Assembly: GCA_020184695.1 (NCBI GenBank)
Contig: JAANOX010000101.1
Coordinates: 1 to 64,000 of the forward strand
Reading direction: 5' to 3'
Length of the DNA: 64,000 nt
Source of the DNA: Histomonas meleagridis 2922-C6/04-290x
Taxonomy: Eukaryota > Protista > Parabasalia
Below the pieces are notes generated by a model. The model did not search any database, was not told where the DNA came from, and saw only the letters and a program-made list of their open reading frames with translations. The position numbers and the translations under genes are program-made. Shown here one piece after another: positions 1 through 11,144 of this stretch. Each line of letters starts with the position of its first letter. Within the stretch, counting starts at the first letter, position 1.

Positions 1-2190
1 ATTTAATATCAATTCCTTTATCTAAAAGTAATTTTACTATTTCTATATTATTATTTTTAACTGCTATATGAAGTGCTGTTTCAAATTATTAAAACATATT
101 TCAAATTATTAAAACATATTTCAAATTATTAAAAACATATATAAAATTATTAAAACATATATAAAATTATTAAAACATATATCAAATTATTAAAACATAT
201 TTTAAATTATTAAAACATATTCTAAATTATTAAAACATATTTCAAATTATTAAAACATATTCTAAATTATTAAAATGAATATATTTTGCATTAACATCAA
301 TTCCTTCTTTATCTAAAAGTAATTTTACTATTTCTATATTATTATTTCTAACTGCTATATGAAGTGCTGTTTCAAATTATTAAAACATATTTCAAATTAT
401 TAAAACATATATAAAATTATTAAAACATATATAAAATTATTAAAACATATTTCAAATTATTAAAACATATTTTAAATTATTAAAACATATTCTAAATTAT
501 TCAAATGAATATATTTTGCATTAACATCAATTCCTTCTTTATCTAAAAGTAATTTTATTATTTCTATATTATTATTTCTAACTGCTATATGAAGTGCTGT
601 TTCAAATTATTAAAACATATATAAAATTATTAAAACATATTTTAAATTATTAAAAAATATTCTAAATTATTCATATGAATATATTTTTGCATTAACATCA
701 ATTCCTTCTTTATCTAGAAGTAATTTTATTATTTCTATATTATTATTTCTAACTGCTATATGAAGTGCTGTTGCAAATAATTAAAACATATTCCAAATTA
801 TTAAAACATATATAAAATTATTAAAACATATTCCAAATTATTAAAACATATTCCAAATTATTAAAACATATTCCAAATTATTAAAACATATTCCAAATTA
901 TTAAAACATATTCTAAATTATTAAAACATATTTCAAATTATTAAAATATACATTAAATTATCCAAATGAATAGTTTTTTTGCATTTAAAAGTAATTTTAC
1001 TATTTCTATATTTCCTGATTTAACTGAATATGGTAAAATTGTTTTAGGAATTTGATGACTTTCTATATCACTTTCTATCATGAATGTATTTCCTTTTGAT
1101 GCTATTTCTTCTATAATTTTATTATTTATTTTCATTCCTTCTTTTTCTAAAAACATGAAGATTTCATAATTATTAAATTCTATACATTTTTTCCCAAGAT
1201 ATATTAAATTTTCTTCACTTAAATCACAATTATCTTGATTTTCGATATCAGAATTCGATTTTGTAAAAGAAGAGTTTGAAGATGAAAATTTTCCAATTTT
1301 ATTTTCATAAAGATAATGAAAAATTTCATTTCGATGAAATTCTATTGCTGTTTCATGTGCTTCTTTAAACGATGAATTGTTTTGTTCATATAAATGAATA
1401 ATTTCTAAGTTTCCACCTGCAATTGCATATTTAGATGTATTTTTGATATTCGAATTATTTAATAATAAATATTTAAAACATTTAATCGAACCAAAAATGC
1501 ACAATAATCAATTAATGTAACATTTTCAGTATTAATAAATGAGCATCTTTCATAAAGTGATGGCTTAATTATTTGATTAAAGTCAAATTCATTATTTGAT
1601 GATATTTCTTGAAGCTTTTCTAAATCATCATTTCGAAGTACTTTCGCAATTTCTAATGGATTAACTCCTTCTTTTACATATTGCATATGAAATTTCCAAT
1701 CATCTTTTGATAATTCATCAAGTACTGAAACAAATTCTTCAAGGAATTGTGGTCTTGGATATTTGTTCTTTAATTCATTTATTTCTTCTTTTGTTTTATA
1801 TTGAGAAAAATAAAATGTGTTTATGTTCTTTACTGAAGATGGTTTAATTATTTCTTCTTCGATCATCTTTTCAAGAAGGAAATATGATTCTTGTTTTTCT
1901 GTTCTCAGTAAATATTCATAAAAGATTTGAACAAGATTGGATTCAGTTTCACTTTTGTTTTTATCTTTACCATCTTCTTTTTCTTTTAAAGCTAATAAAT
2001 ATTTAAAATATATATTTTCATTATTTGATTGAGATACAAAAGCTGAATAGATAAGTCTAGAAACAAGATAGTTAAATGTATATGGTAGCCTATCTACAAA
2101 TAAACTAATTGTTGCCTGAACTGATGTTTCGAAATTTTTTTCGTTGAGATTAAAGATGATTGATTCTAATGATTTTGAAAGTTCCATCAA
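1..2190 (-). CDS. DUF3447-type/ankyrin repeat protein, 3' partial, interrupted by 17-nt insert arrays and apparent homopolymer frameshifts
   Basis: ORFs 1459..2190 and 953..1504 join into ...TLIDYCAF(F)GSIKCFKYLL...AIAGGNLEII if one T is added to the T5 run (plus-strand A5 at 1493-1497). Downstream minus-strand units read ETALHIAVRNNNIEIVKLLLDKEGIDVNAK four times, separated by 17+3 nt arrays. The gene runs off the window start. Confidence 0.8.
83..280 (-). other. Array of 10 x 17-nt inserts (one is 18 nt, 123-140) separated by single-codon micro-exons
   Basis: Minus-strand unit ATATGTTTTAATAATTT plus a codon; decoded loop NAK-Y|R|E|R|K|D|Y|Y|E|E|E-TAL. Confidence 0.8.
374..510 (-). other. 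Array of 7 x 17-nt inserts with single-codon micro-exons
   Basis: Inserts start at plus positions 374, 394, 414, 434, 454, 474, 494; decoded loop NAK-Y|R|K|E|Y|Y|E|E-TAL. Confidence 0.8.
604..680 (-). other. Array of 4 x 17-nt inserts with single-codon micro-exons
   Basis: Inserts at 604-620, 624-640, 644-660, 664-680; decoded loop NAK-Y|R|K|Y|E-TAL has canonical hairpin length. There is one extra T in the run at 684-688 relative to sister copies. Confidence 0.8.
775..971 (-). other. Array of 10 x 17-nt inserts with single-codon micro-exons
   Basis: Inserts every 20 nt from 775 to 971; micro-exons in minus order are N,E,R,G,G,G,G,Y,G, followed by A-TALHIA. Confidence 0.8.
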
Positions 2191-3147
2191 TAAAAAAATG
2201 GTTCAAAACTCTGTCCGAAATATTTGTGAGAAAATACAATTGTCAGTACAAATAAAATTTCATACGATAGACATTGGAACCGACACTTTTCGATATATCT
2301 ATGTTTTTGAACACTCCTTATTTTTTCATAAAAAGAGTAGTTCCAACTCAATAATTTCCGAAAGATTTCTTCATTAAAATGATAATCTGATAATCTATTC
2401 ATTTCCACATAACCGAATAAATACTGTTTACAATTAATGGAATCCTGGTTAGCATATGTCAATAGTCACCTAGAATTGATACAAAGAGCACAAGTAAAAA
2501 TAACACTCAGGTTGATAGTGAAAACAGGTCATAACAGAAAATTTGTTATAATTTGTGATTTGGTCGATGTGATTTGATGTATGGTGTTTGTAGACCAATT
2601 AATTGGTATAATGATAGAAAATAAAATGAAAATACCTATCGGAGTCGTTATAATCGTAATCACAAAAAGTTGTTATTCATTTCAAGCCACCTGCTCACTT
2701 TTTGACACTTATCTTTTTGAATTGTTTACACTGAGAAAACTTTTTGTTCAAACAAGAAAGCTAATGTTGGATGTAAATTTATGTTTATCTCATTATAAAT
2801 AGGATATATCAAAATAAATTCAAATTAACTTTTTGTCACATATATATGTCCTTTAAAAAAATAGTAATATTATTATAAAAACTCTTACCATCTCTCGAGA
2901 TCTCCATTTTTCGTAATATCACTTTTTTTCCAAAAGGTACTGAGGAAATCCCAAAAATAGATGCTCAGGTATATAGTTATATTCCTATGGCAGAAGTTTT
3001 GAGAAATTTCCATCGAGATTTTTTGACCACACTTTATTGAAATAATTGTTTGAGTTAAACCTTTTGAATACATTTCAGCGTATCGTAAGGTTGGCCAGCA
3101 TTGAAATCAAACCCGTTTATTTACAGTTATTTTCATAGATTCTTCAA

Positions 3148-3810
3148 ATGAGCAGCCAAAAATTCTTTAGATCCATCCTTAACAACTATGTAGGAGCTAC
3201 AATTGGAGGCATCCTCTCAGATTCAATTCTTCGAGGACTTGGTCCCACAGATACACCAATTGATTTTAAGCATTCTTTTTTGTCTGCAATGAAGACTGGA
3301 ACCACACTGTCATCATTTCCTCTTTCTACACATTTTCTTTCAGAAATATCACCCAAATATAAAAGTTTTTCGACGAGTGATAAGATAATTGATAAAATTT
3401 TATATTTCACTATCGGAGGTGCTGGTGCTGCTGGCATTTATGCTGTCATCAACTACCCCATAATTTCCCTTCAAGAAGGCAAGAAACAAAATTTTAACGA
3501 ATTATTGAAAGGAATTTCCAAAACGTATACAGATCGTCTTGGCGCTTCCATTGGATTTTCAGCCACAATGGAGACCCTCCAAAAGACAGTTCCCTATTCA
3601 ACCAACTCAGCTGTTAATTGGATTCGAAATCTGACTATTGTTCATCTTTCCAACATTGCTGGGAAAACATTAGCGTATCCAATCCATCACTTAAAATACG
3701 GAACACCGTTCTCAAAGATGGTGAAGTCATATTTGGATGTTGCTTTTCCAATGACTATACATTGCGATTGCGTTGGGTTTTATAAGAAGCAATTCATGCC
3801 AGTGAAATAA
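3148..3810 (+). CDS. Hypothetical membrane protein, weakly carrier-like (possible hydrogenosomal membrane protein)
   Basis: 220-aa ATG ORF with Gly/Ala-rich hydrophobic helices ending in YP (GGAGAAGIYAVINYP, NIAGKTLAYP). The family assignment is weak inference. Confidence 0.55.
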   Translation: MSSQKFFRSILNNYVGATIGGILSDSILRGLGPTDTPIDFKHSFLSAMKTGTTLSSFPLSTHFLSEISPKYKSFSTSDKIIDKILYFTIGGAGAAGIYAVINYPIISLQEGKKQNFNELLKGISKTYTDRLGASIGFSATMETLQKTVPYSTNSAVNWIRNLTIVHLSNIAGKTLAYPIHHLKYGTPFSKMVKSYLDVAFPMTIHCDCVGFYKKQFMPVK

Positions 3811-4409
3811 AATAAATAATATATCATTCATCTTTGTTTTTAAATTTTTTGAAATAATTAGTCAAATAGATCTCATATTTTGAAAGATTAAATACATTTT
3901 AGAATTGTACAATTAATTTTGATGAATACAATTCTTATTTCTTAATAAAAAGATGTAAAATGCTTAATAAAGATATCTTAGATATTGATGGAAACCAATT
4001 TCTTTCTTAAAAAATTAATTATATGATTTATTATATCTCTTGATTTATTAAAACTTATAATTTACAAATACAATTTTTATATAAAAAAAATCGTTTTTTG
4101 CTTGGCTTTATTATGTTAAGAAAAAGATCATAAAGATGAATACGGAATAAAAAAGACAAGAACAGATTATAAAAATATGTGTATAAAAATTTGGTTTATA
4201 TGATCAGAAACATAATTTATAAAATAAAGGGATAAAACCACTCAAAAATGTTACATAAAGGTATTTATAAAAGTTAATAAAATTTCTGATATATTAACAA
4301 TCGAATATTGATTGAAAAACATTAACTTTTATAATTACTTTTAATTTATGTATATATCTTTTTCGCGTTTAATCAATTTTCTTTTTAACAACAAAAAGTC
4401 TCTATTTTA

Positions 4410-5126
4410 TTAATATACCTTATTGTTAGGGGCGTTATTTTTCTCCCTTTCTTTTTCCCACATAAATCCGTCGATTTCTTCAAACGATGGCGGATACGGC
4501 AAAATCCAATTAATTGACATCGGCCCGAAAACTTCGCAAAATCGTTCGTAGCGACTTCTTGGATTTTCATATACAATTCCAAGCTCATTTTCGAGGACGG
4601 TTCTTCCCGAGAGTATTGTTCTTATTTGCCCAAAAAGAAGAAAACTTAGTATTAATGCTAATGTACTCCCAAAGAAAAGATCAACCATAACATAATATGG
4701 AAATCCATCAAAAGAACCAACAAGAGCAAATAAGACAGATAATATTACATATATAAGGAGCATCCCAATGGAATATAATAGGAATAAAAGAAAAATTTTA
4801 TGGTTTCGTAATGCAACACATCGACCAAGTGCTCCACAATGATGATCCATTCGTGCAAAGCATGCATTACATGTTGAACAATGGTGCGTTCTGAGAGGTT
4901 TTAAATGACCGCATTTTGGACAGTTGAAGCGGCAATCAGTATTTTTGTGATAATATTCTTCATATTTAATTTCACCAGGATTACCAAACATTAATTGCAA
5001 AAATGCTACAACCCATAAAACAAAAAATACTGATAAAATGGCCCAAACAATTACAACAAGAATATAGTAATGTTCAAGAAAAAGACCAGCAAGTTCATGT
5101 GTAACGCCTAAATACATGAGAAACAT
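4410..5126 (-). CDS. DHHC-type palmitoyl acyltransferase
   Basis: CPKCGHLKPLRTHHCSTCNACFARMDHHC cysteine-rich DHHC domain plus transmembrane helices. Confidence 0.95.
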   Translation of the reverse strand: MFLMYLGVTHELAGLFLEHYYILVVIVWAILSVFFVLWVVAFLQLMFGNPGEIKYEEYYHKNTDCRFNCPKCGHLKPLRTHHCSTCNACFARMDHHCGALGRCVALRNHKIFLLFLLYSIGMLLIYVILSVLFALVGSFDGFPYYVMVDLFFGSTLALILSFLLFGQIRTILSGRTVLENELGIVYENPRSRYERFCEVFGPMSINWILPYPPSFEEIDGFMWEKEREKNNAPNNKVY

Positions 5127-5718
5127 TGTAACAGAAAATATAAGAAATGGTGGAATAAAGCGAAGATAAAGTAATATATTTCTAGCCGTTTTAAGTATTG
5201 TCCAACATGAGGAACAACTTTTTAAGTATTTTATATTAACTCATATAATATATTGAGAATAAGAATGTAAACGTTCTTTATATTCAAAAACAACTTTTTC
5301 TGGATTAATGACAAAATTCAATGTCTAAATTTTACAAAAAAGTAAATGAATATTTATTCACATGAATGGAAAATACTTCAGTTAATCCAGCAAATCATTT
5401 TTGGATTGAATAAAAAAAATATTTATCAACCAGTACTGGTTCTTCTATTAAATTAAATATTTGGCACATCTCTATATTCTTTTAACTTAATCATTTGTCA
5501 TTTAATATATTTAAATATTTATTTTTATGAGGATGATATTTATTTTGATTTTTTTTCCATACTTATCGAATGAAGAAAGAAGTGAAATAACAAGATACAA
5601 AAGGTTAGACCGAAATTGCTAAAATCCTTCTTGTTCAAGAAAAAACAAAACAATTCGAGCCTTGTCATAAACAAATAAAAAAGGGATAAATAAATATTTA
5701 TTAAAACAAAAAAACATT

Positions 5719-8700
5719 TTATTTAGTAATATTGTTTTGTAAACAATTAATTACAAATTTTTTCTTTTCTTCATTCATATTATTCCAAATTTCATTTAAA
5801 TATTTTTGATTTATTTCAATTAATTTCCGAATCACGAAAACGATTTCATTTATATTATTTCCAGATTTCATTTTCTCAATCAATTTTTCCATAATTAAAT
5901 TTACAGCAAAATTTTCTTTTCCAATAACTTCAATTCCTTTAACAATTAAAGGAATTGTTTCCATATTGGAATTAATGAACTCATTTAACGCAATATTTAA
6001 AGCACAATGAAACAAATTTTTACAATTTGTTTCAAAGACATCAAAAATTAATATTTTCCCTAATTCAAAATTATTATTCACAAAATTAACAAATGAATTT
6101 TCATCACAATAACCGCCATATTTAATACATACATGAAATACGTCAAAACAATTTCCAGATTTTGAGATTTCATTTGATATTTTTGGTATTTTTTCCATTA
6201 GAATTCTAAACAAAGCCGCCTTTTTCAATGGTTCTTCAGAATTTTGAATTGCTTTTATCAAATCCTCAGAAACTGTACACAAAAATTCTGAGTCCAGTGA
6301 TTGAATTATTTTTGCCAACAAATTGTAATCAAAAGAAACGTTAATGCAAACAAACAATAAACTATTGAAAACTTTCTTTGACAAATTCAAATTTGTTAAT
6401 TGAATGCAAAACTTCAAAATTTGTTTTTTAATTGTAATTTTAATTTCATTATTTAAGTCAATTAATAAATTTAATGAATTAATAATATCATTTTCATTAT
6501 TTTTATCTGGAAAATATTTCATTATTTCAATTAGCCCAAAAATAGCAGAACGAATTCTCCAAATTTCTTTAGAATTATTAATTTCATTTTCCAAAAATTT
6601 GTACAAAGAATTCATCGGAACAATTTCTTCGTTTAATAAACTTTCGATATAAACGAAAGAACTATAAATATGATCATAAAATTCGGAAGTAAAATTCCGT
6701 AATTTGTTGATATCATTCATTAAATCGACAATTAATTCTTTTAATAAATTCGAAATTTTTGTAATTTCTTTGTTTTTCATGTTATGTTTCGATAAAACTT
6801 TACAATAAAATATCGAAATTTTATAGAAATTCGAATCTTTGTTCTGAACATTTAATAACAAATTAATTAATTCATTTATATTATTTTCATTTGCAATTTC
6901 GATTAAGAAATTTGAAGAAATTTTCAAATTAATATTAAAAGCGAATTTGATAATTTGATTTAATTCATTTTCATCAAAAATTATTTTATTTTTCATTTTT
7001 TTATAATTTTTTATCATTTTCGTCAATACATTAAATGAAATTTTCTCAAATTGTTCATATGATTTATATATACATTGGAATAACTTTTGATATATTTCAT
7101 CATCGAAATCTTTAATTAATAAAGGAATTAAACTTAAAGCCGATTTTTTAACAATGTTTAATGGTTCGATGTTTATATATTTTGGTAATGAATTATTTAT
7201 TAAAATTGATATTAAAATTTCCAAAACTTTTTCATTGTTTTTAGGTGAAAATGAAATATTTTTTATACATTTTAATATAATTTTATTATTAGTTCTTTGT
7301 AATAATATAAAAAGTTTTGGTAACAAATGAATGTTATCATCGAAATTTATAAATTTGTTAATTTCTGTTAATGTTTCAATTGCAGAAAGTTTTATATTAA
7401 TTGTCGAATTCTTTGGGAAATTAAATTTTATTTCATTTAAATATTTTGGCGAATAAATTATAATTTGTTTTAATGTATTAAAATAAACTTTTTTGGATAA
7501 TTCAAATGGAATTGATTTAATTATATATAAAATTGATAAAACTTTCGAATGTATTTCTTTATCAAATAAATTATATGAAATTATTGGTAATATATTATTA
7601 AATACATTTGCTGTTAAATATAAATTTAAAGGTTTTAATATATTATTTGAGTTTAATAATATTAATAAAGTTGTTAATAATTCCATTCCGACATTTAATG
7701 TAATAATTTCGACGCAATATTTCGACAACAAAATATTTAATGAATGTAATGCAAATGGTAATGAATTTGTATTTGTAGAAATAATAATTTCATTTAATAA
7801 ATTTATTATCAATAACAAATATTTATTCGATATTTCAATGTTTGATATTATTGCTGCTAATAATATAATATGTTTTGTAGATTTATTACTTTGAATTAAT
7901 GAAAATATTTTATTAAAATTCGTTATGTGATTTAATGATATTAATTCGGAAATTAATTCTAATCGTAAATAATCATTACCATTTAAATTAATAATTAATT
8001 GATCAACGTTTAATAACGATTTATATTTTGGTATTTTAATGATTGATATTAATAAACAAATGTTTTCTTTAGTTAAGTTTTGTAACAAATGCATTAAAAT
8101 CGATTTTTGTAATTTAATTGTTAATTTATCATAAAGATATCCAAAGTTTAATATAATTTCTTCTGTTAATTGAATATTTTTAGGAATAATTTCTTTGCGA
8201 TTGTGAAAATATAATAATTCTTCTGTTGTAATAATCGGATTATTTATTAATTTATTATAAAATTTGTTATTTGGTGTGTTAGACATTACATAATGAATGA
8301 AATCATTGATAACTAAATCAGTTTCAATTTGCGTTTTAAGTAAAAGTTTCAAAAACTCGAAAATCGTATTCGCTTTTAATGACTTAAAATGTTTCGAAAC
8401 ATATAAAATAATTTGTTTTATATGAATAACTAAGTTTGGATTAATAAAATATGTTATTAATGATTCCAAAAATATTTCATTTGAATTTATTTGTTTTATT
8501 GCATATTCAATAGATTTTTCTTCAATATTTTTATTAAATAGATAATATAATGGATTATCAAATGAATATTTTGTTAAATGATTGGAATTAAATTCATTTT
8601 CATTTATAAAGTCAATTAAACATTTAATTAAATTATAATTGGAATAATTTAAGTCATTTATAGTATTAATTTTAGATAAGATCGATTTTGCTAAAATTTT

Positions 8701-9753
8701 TTGTATTTCTTTATTAACACTTTGTAAATATCTAAGTGAAAATTCTTTGTCGATTTCGGAATTAGAATTGTTATATAACATTAATGACATATTCGATGTA
8801 ATATATTCATCAATATTTAACTCTTTTAACGCATTAATTTGCGCTATTGTCGTTTGCTGATTCGATAATATTTTACTGAAAAAATATTCTTTTCGTTTAG
8901 ATGTGAAAAATGGAATTATCAAATTGATGTCAAGAGGCGAAGTACGTAATAAATAGCGAAAAATGTTTGACTGCTCTTTAATTAAAGTTTTAGTTGAAAG
9001 TTTTCCAATATAAATTGGAATTATTTCATGTGATATCGGGATAATACGAGTTAAAATATCAAAGGATTCTTTAAGTGGAGAAAGTCGAGCACAAAGGCCA
9101 ATGAGCTTTAAGCCTTCGTTCTTGATAAATTCAGGCTTAGATGAACAAATTATTTTTATGGAAAAATTAACAGAATCAGAAATTAAAGTATGATTGGATT
9201 TAACAAGTGAACGTACAAGCTGTAGTGAAAGAATTCGATACGTTTCGGGAATATAATTAATGACAGATTTAATATTATTAAAAATTATTGGTGCAAGTTC
9301 TGATAATTGTTCTTTACATCCTTGAAAAGACCTTCGAAGGAAGTAAAGAACATGATAACGTGGTTCTGGAATGGTTTGGTAATTAATGATTAATTGTTTA
9401 ACATCATTAATTAATGTTAATCCAAATGAATAAGTAAGCTCTGCAAGCAAAACCAATGAAATTGGAGTGATATTTTGAATCAAGTTATTATATAGTCGTG
9501 GTACTTTTTGAGGAATTTGCTTACATATATCTACAACAGTAAAACTAAATGAAAGTGCACATTGAAAAGAAATATCTCCATTGTTTATTTTTAATATATT
9601 TAACAACGAAGTTAATATCAATTCAAAATCAAATGCGTCATCAATTTGTAGTCTTGTATTTAGAAATGATAAAGCACGAAGTATAGCAACTTCTGGCTGG
9701 ATTAAACACTTTCCTGTCGAAATTCTTGTTATTTCCGCAAGAACTTCTTCCAT
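5719..9753 (-). CDS. Large alpha-helical (HEAT/ARM-like) hypothetical protein
   Basis: 1344-aa uninterrupted ORF rich in Leu/Ile helical segments; no catalytic motif recognised. Confidence 0.7.
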   Translation of the reverse strand: MEEVLAEITRISTGKCLIQPEVAILRALSFLNTRLQIDDAFDFELILTSLLNILKINNGDISFQCALSFSFTVVDICKQIPQKVPRLYNNLIQNITPISLVLLAELTYSFGLTLINDVKQLIINYQTIPEPRYHVLYFLRRSFQGCKEQLSELAPIIFNNIKSVINYIPETYRILSLQLVRSLVKSNHTLISDSVNFSIKIICSSKPEFIKNEGLKLIGLCARLSPLKESFDILTRIIPISHEIIPIYIGKLSTKTLIKEQSNIFRYLLRTSPLDINLIIPFFTSKRKEYFFSKILSNQQTTIAQINALKELNIDEYITSNMSLMLYNNSNSEIDKEFSLRYLQSVNKEIQKILAKSILSKINTINDLNYSNYNLIKCLIDFINENEFNSNHLTKYSFDNPLYYLFNKNIEEKSIEYAIKQINSNEIFLESLITYFINPNLVIHIKQIILYVSKHFKSLKANTIFEFLKLLLKTQIETDLVINDFIHYVMSNTPNNKFYNKLINNPIITTEELLYFHNRKEIIPKNIQLTEEIILNFGYLYDKLTIKLQKSILMHLLQNLTKENICLLISIIKIPKYKSLLNVDQLIINLNGNDYLRLELISELISLNHITNFNKIFSLIQSNKSTKHIILLAAIISNIEISNKYLLLIINLLNEIIISTNTNSLPFALHSLNILLSKYCVEIITLNVGMELLTTLLILLNSNNILKPLNLYLTANVFNNILPIISYNLFDKEIHSKVLSILYIIKSIPFELSKKVYFNTLKQIIIYSPKYLNEIKFNFPKNSTINIKLSAIETLTEINKFINFDDNIHLLPKLFILLQRTNNKIILKCIKNISFSPKNNEKVLEILISILINNSLPKYINIEPLNIVKKSALSLIPLLIKDFDDEIYQKLFQCIYKSYEQFEKISFNVLTKMIKNYKKMKNKIIFDENELNQIIKFAFNINLKISSNFLIEIANENNINELINLLLNVQNKDSNFYKISIFYCKVLSKHNMKNKEITKISNLLKELIVDLMNDINKLRNFTSEFYDHIYSSFVYIESLLNEEIVPMNSLYKFLENEINNSKEIWRIRSAIFGLIEIMKYFPDKNNENDIINSLNLLIDLNNEIKITIKKQILKFCIQLTNLNLSKKVFNSLLFVCINVSFDYNLLAKIIQSLDSEFLCTVSEDLIKAIQNSEEPLKKAALFRILMEKIPKISNEISKSGNCFDVFHVCIKYGGYCDENSFVNFVNNNFELGKILIFDVFETNCKNLFHCALNIALNEFINSNMETIPLIVKGIEVIGKENFAVNLIMEKLIEKMKSGNNINEIVFVIRKLIEINQKYLNEIWNNMNEEKKKFVINCLQNNITK

Positions 9754-10008
9754 TCGATTATTCTATTTCACAGTTAATTGGTGGAATTATTGTAAAATTG
9801 CGGTTATTGATCGTTCTGTTCTAATAATGAGAACACAAAACTTTCCTTAAGAAGTAATTAGCAATAATAAATATTTTCTTCAATAGCAAATATTAGTGAT
9901 AAAATTTAAGTTTTTTCATTAATTTATTACTGATGACTTAATTTGCTAATTGATGAATCAAAGCATTGAAAAGCATTTTCAAAAACAAGTAAAAAGACTA
10001 CTATAAGT

Positions 10009-11007
10009 TTACTCAACAAAAATTCCTAAAGCGTCAAGTACTGTAAACCATAAGATGATAATTGGAACAAAGAAGATATTTGTCCAAAAGATCATTGTTG
10101 AAGAGACTCCTGTTCCAACATTTGAATTTGACGACATCAAATATGTCGCCATACCTGTTGGCAATGTTGTTATGATTATTGCTTGTCTTGAAGCCTTTGC
10201 TGATAAACCAAATGCAGCGGAAAATAATCCAGCAAATATTGGCATTATAATATGCCTTGAAACAGCGCAAATAATAAATTGAATTGGTGGACAACTTAAC
10301 AATGAGTTAACAGCAAGAAATGAACCAACACAGAAACATGAAAGTGCTAAAACACATTGACCCATAATTGTAATTAATCGATCAATGAAATAAATTGGAG
10401 GAATTGAAGCACCTGCCCAAATAAATCCGAGTATATAGGCAATGATAATTGGATTTTTGATAATGCCAATTAAAATATCTAAAAATATTTTAAAGGAAAA
10501 TTTCTTTTTTGGTTCACCCTTTTTAACGTTCTCTCGGTTTTCGACGATATATGAATTTATTCCAGCTAAAATTAAGTATAATGGGGCAGCTATAAGGTCA
10601 TTACATAGTGTAATGACAACTAAAATTTGTTTATCTTCATTACCCCAAATACTCTCAAAAATTGTAATTCCAATTACAACATAATTTACATAAGTGGCAG
10701 AGAGAGTAGTGGATAAGAAGTAAGCAAGTCTGTTGTCGTTTTTAAAGAAAAATAAAAACAATAGAAAAACGTAAGTACTAATAATTGCTAAAGTACCAAC
10801 CCCGAATGGTTTAAAATCAATTTCTGATAGATTTTGATATACAAGGTTTTGGGCTATTAAAGGTACAAAGCAAGGTTTAAAAGCAAATTTGTTGATTAGA
10901 TCAAGTGTTGAAGTTTTTACAATTCTAAATTTGCTGACTATAAAACCAATAAAAATGAGTGTTATAACAGCCCCACCTACAGAAATCACATTTGAGTAAT
11001 CAACCAT
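10009..11007 (-). CDS. Auxin efflux carrier (AEC/Mem_trans) family transporter
   Basis: About 10 TM helices; motifs NYVVIGITIFESIWG, NPIIIAYILG, TLPTGMATYLMS are typical of the family. Confidence 0.85.
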   Translation of the reverse strand: MVDYSNVISVGGAVITLIFIGFIVSKFRIVKTSTLDLINKFAFKPCFVPLIAQNLVYQNLSEIDFKPFGVGTLAIISTYVFLLFLFFFKNDNRLAYFLSTTLSATYVNYVVIGITIFESIWGNEDKQILVVITLCNDLIAAPLYLILAGINSYIVENRENVKKGEPKKKFSFKIFLDILIGIIKNPIIIAYILGFIWAGASIPPIYFIDRLITIMGQCVLALSCFCVGSFLAVNSLLSCPPIQFIICAVSRHIIMPIFAGLFSAAFGLSAKASRQAIIITTLPTGMATYLMSSNSNVGTGVSSTMIFWTNIFFVPIIILWFTVLDALGIFVE

Positions 11008-11144
11008 TCCATTGGCTGAGCTCAGCCAAGAAGCCGTTTAGAAGATATAACAAAAAAATTCCACTCAATTCCAATTTTAACCGTGAAATAAACCAAAGAA
11101 AAAATCCGCGTTTCGGAGGTTATTAAAGTTGTAACCAGCTTATA

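Noticed and set aside
83-971. CRISPR-like or plain minisatellite reading of the 20-nt repeats
   Set aside because: The context is eukaryotic, there are no unique spacers or cas genes, and the variable part is exactly one codon that completes ankyrin hairpins.
2144-3073. Short ORFs between the ankyrin gene and the 3148 gene
   Set aside because: No recognisable motifs; they overlap in conflicting frames and look like chance ORFs.
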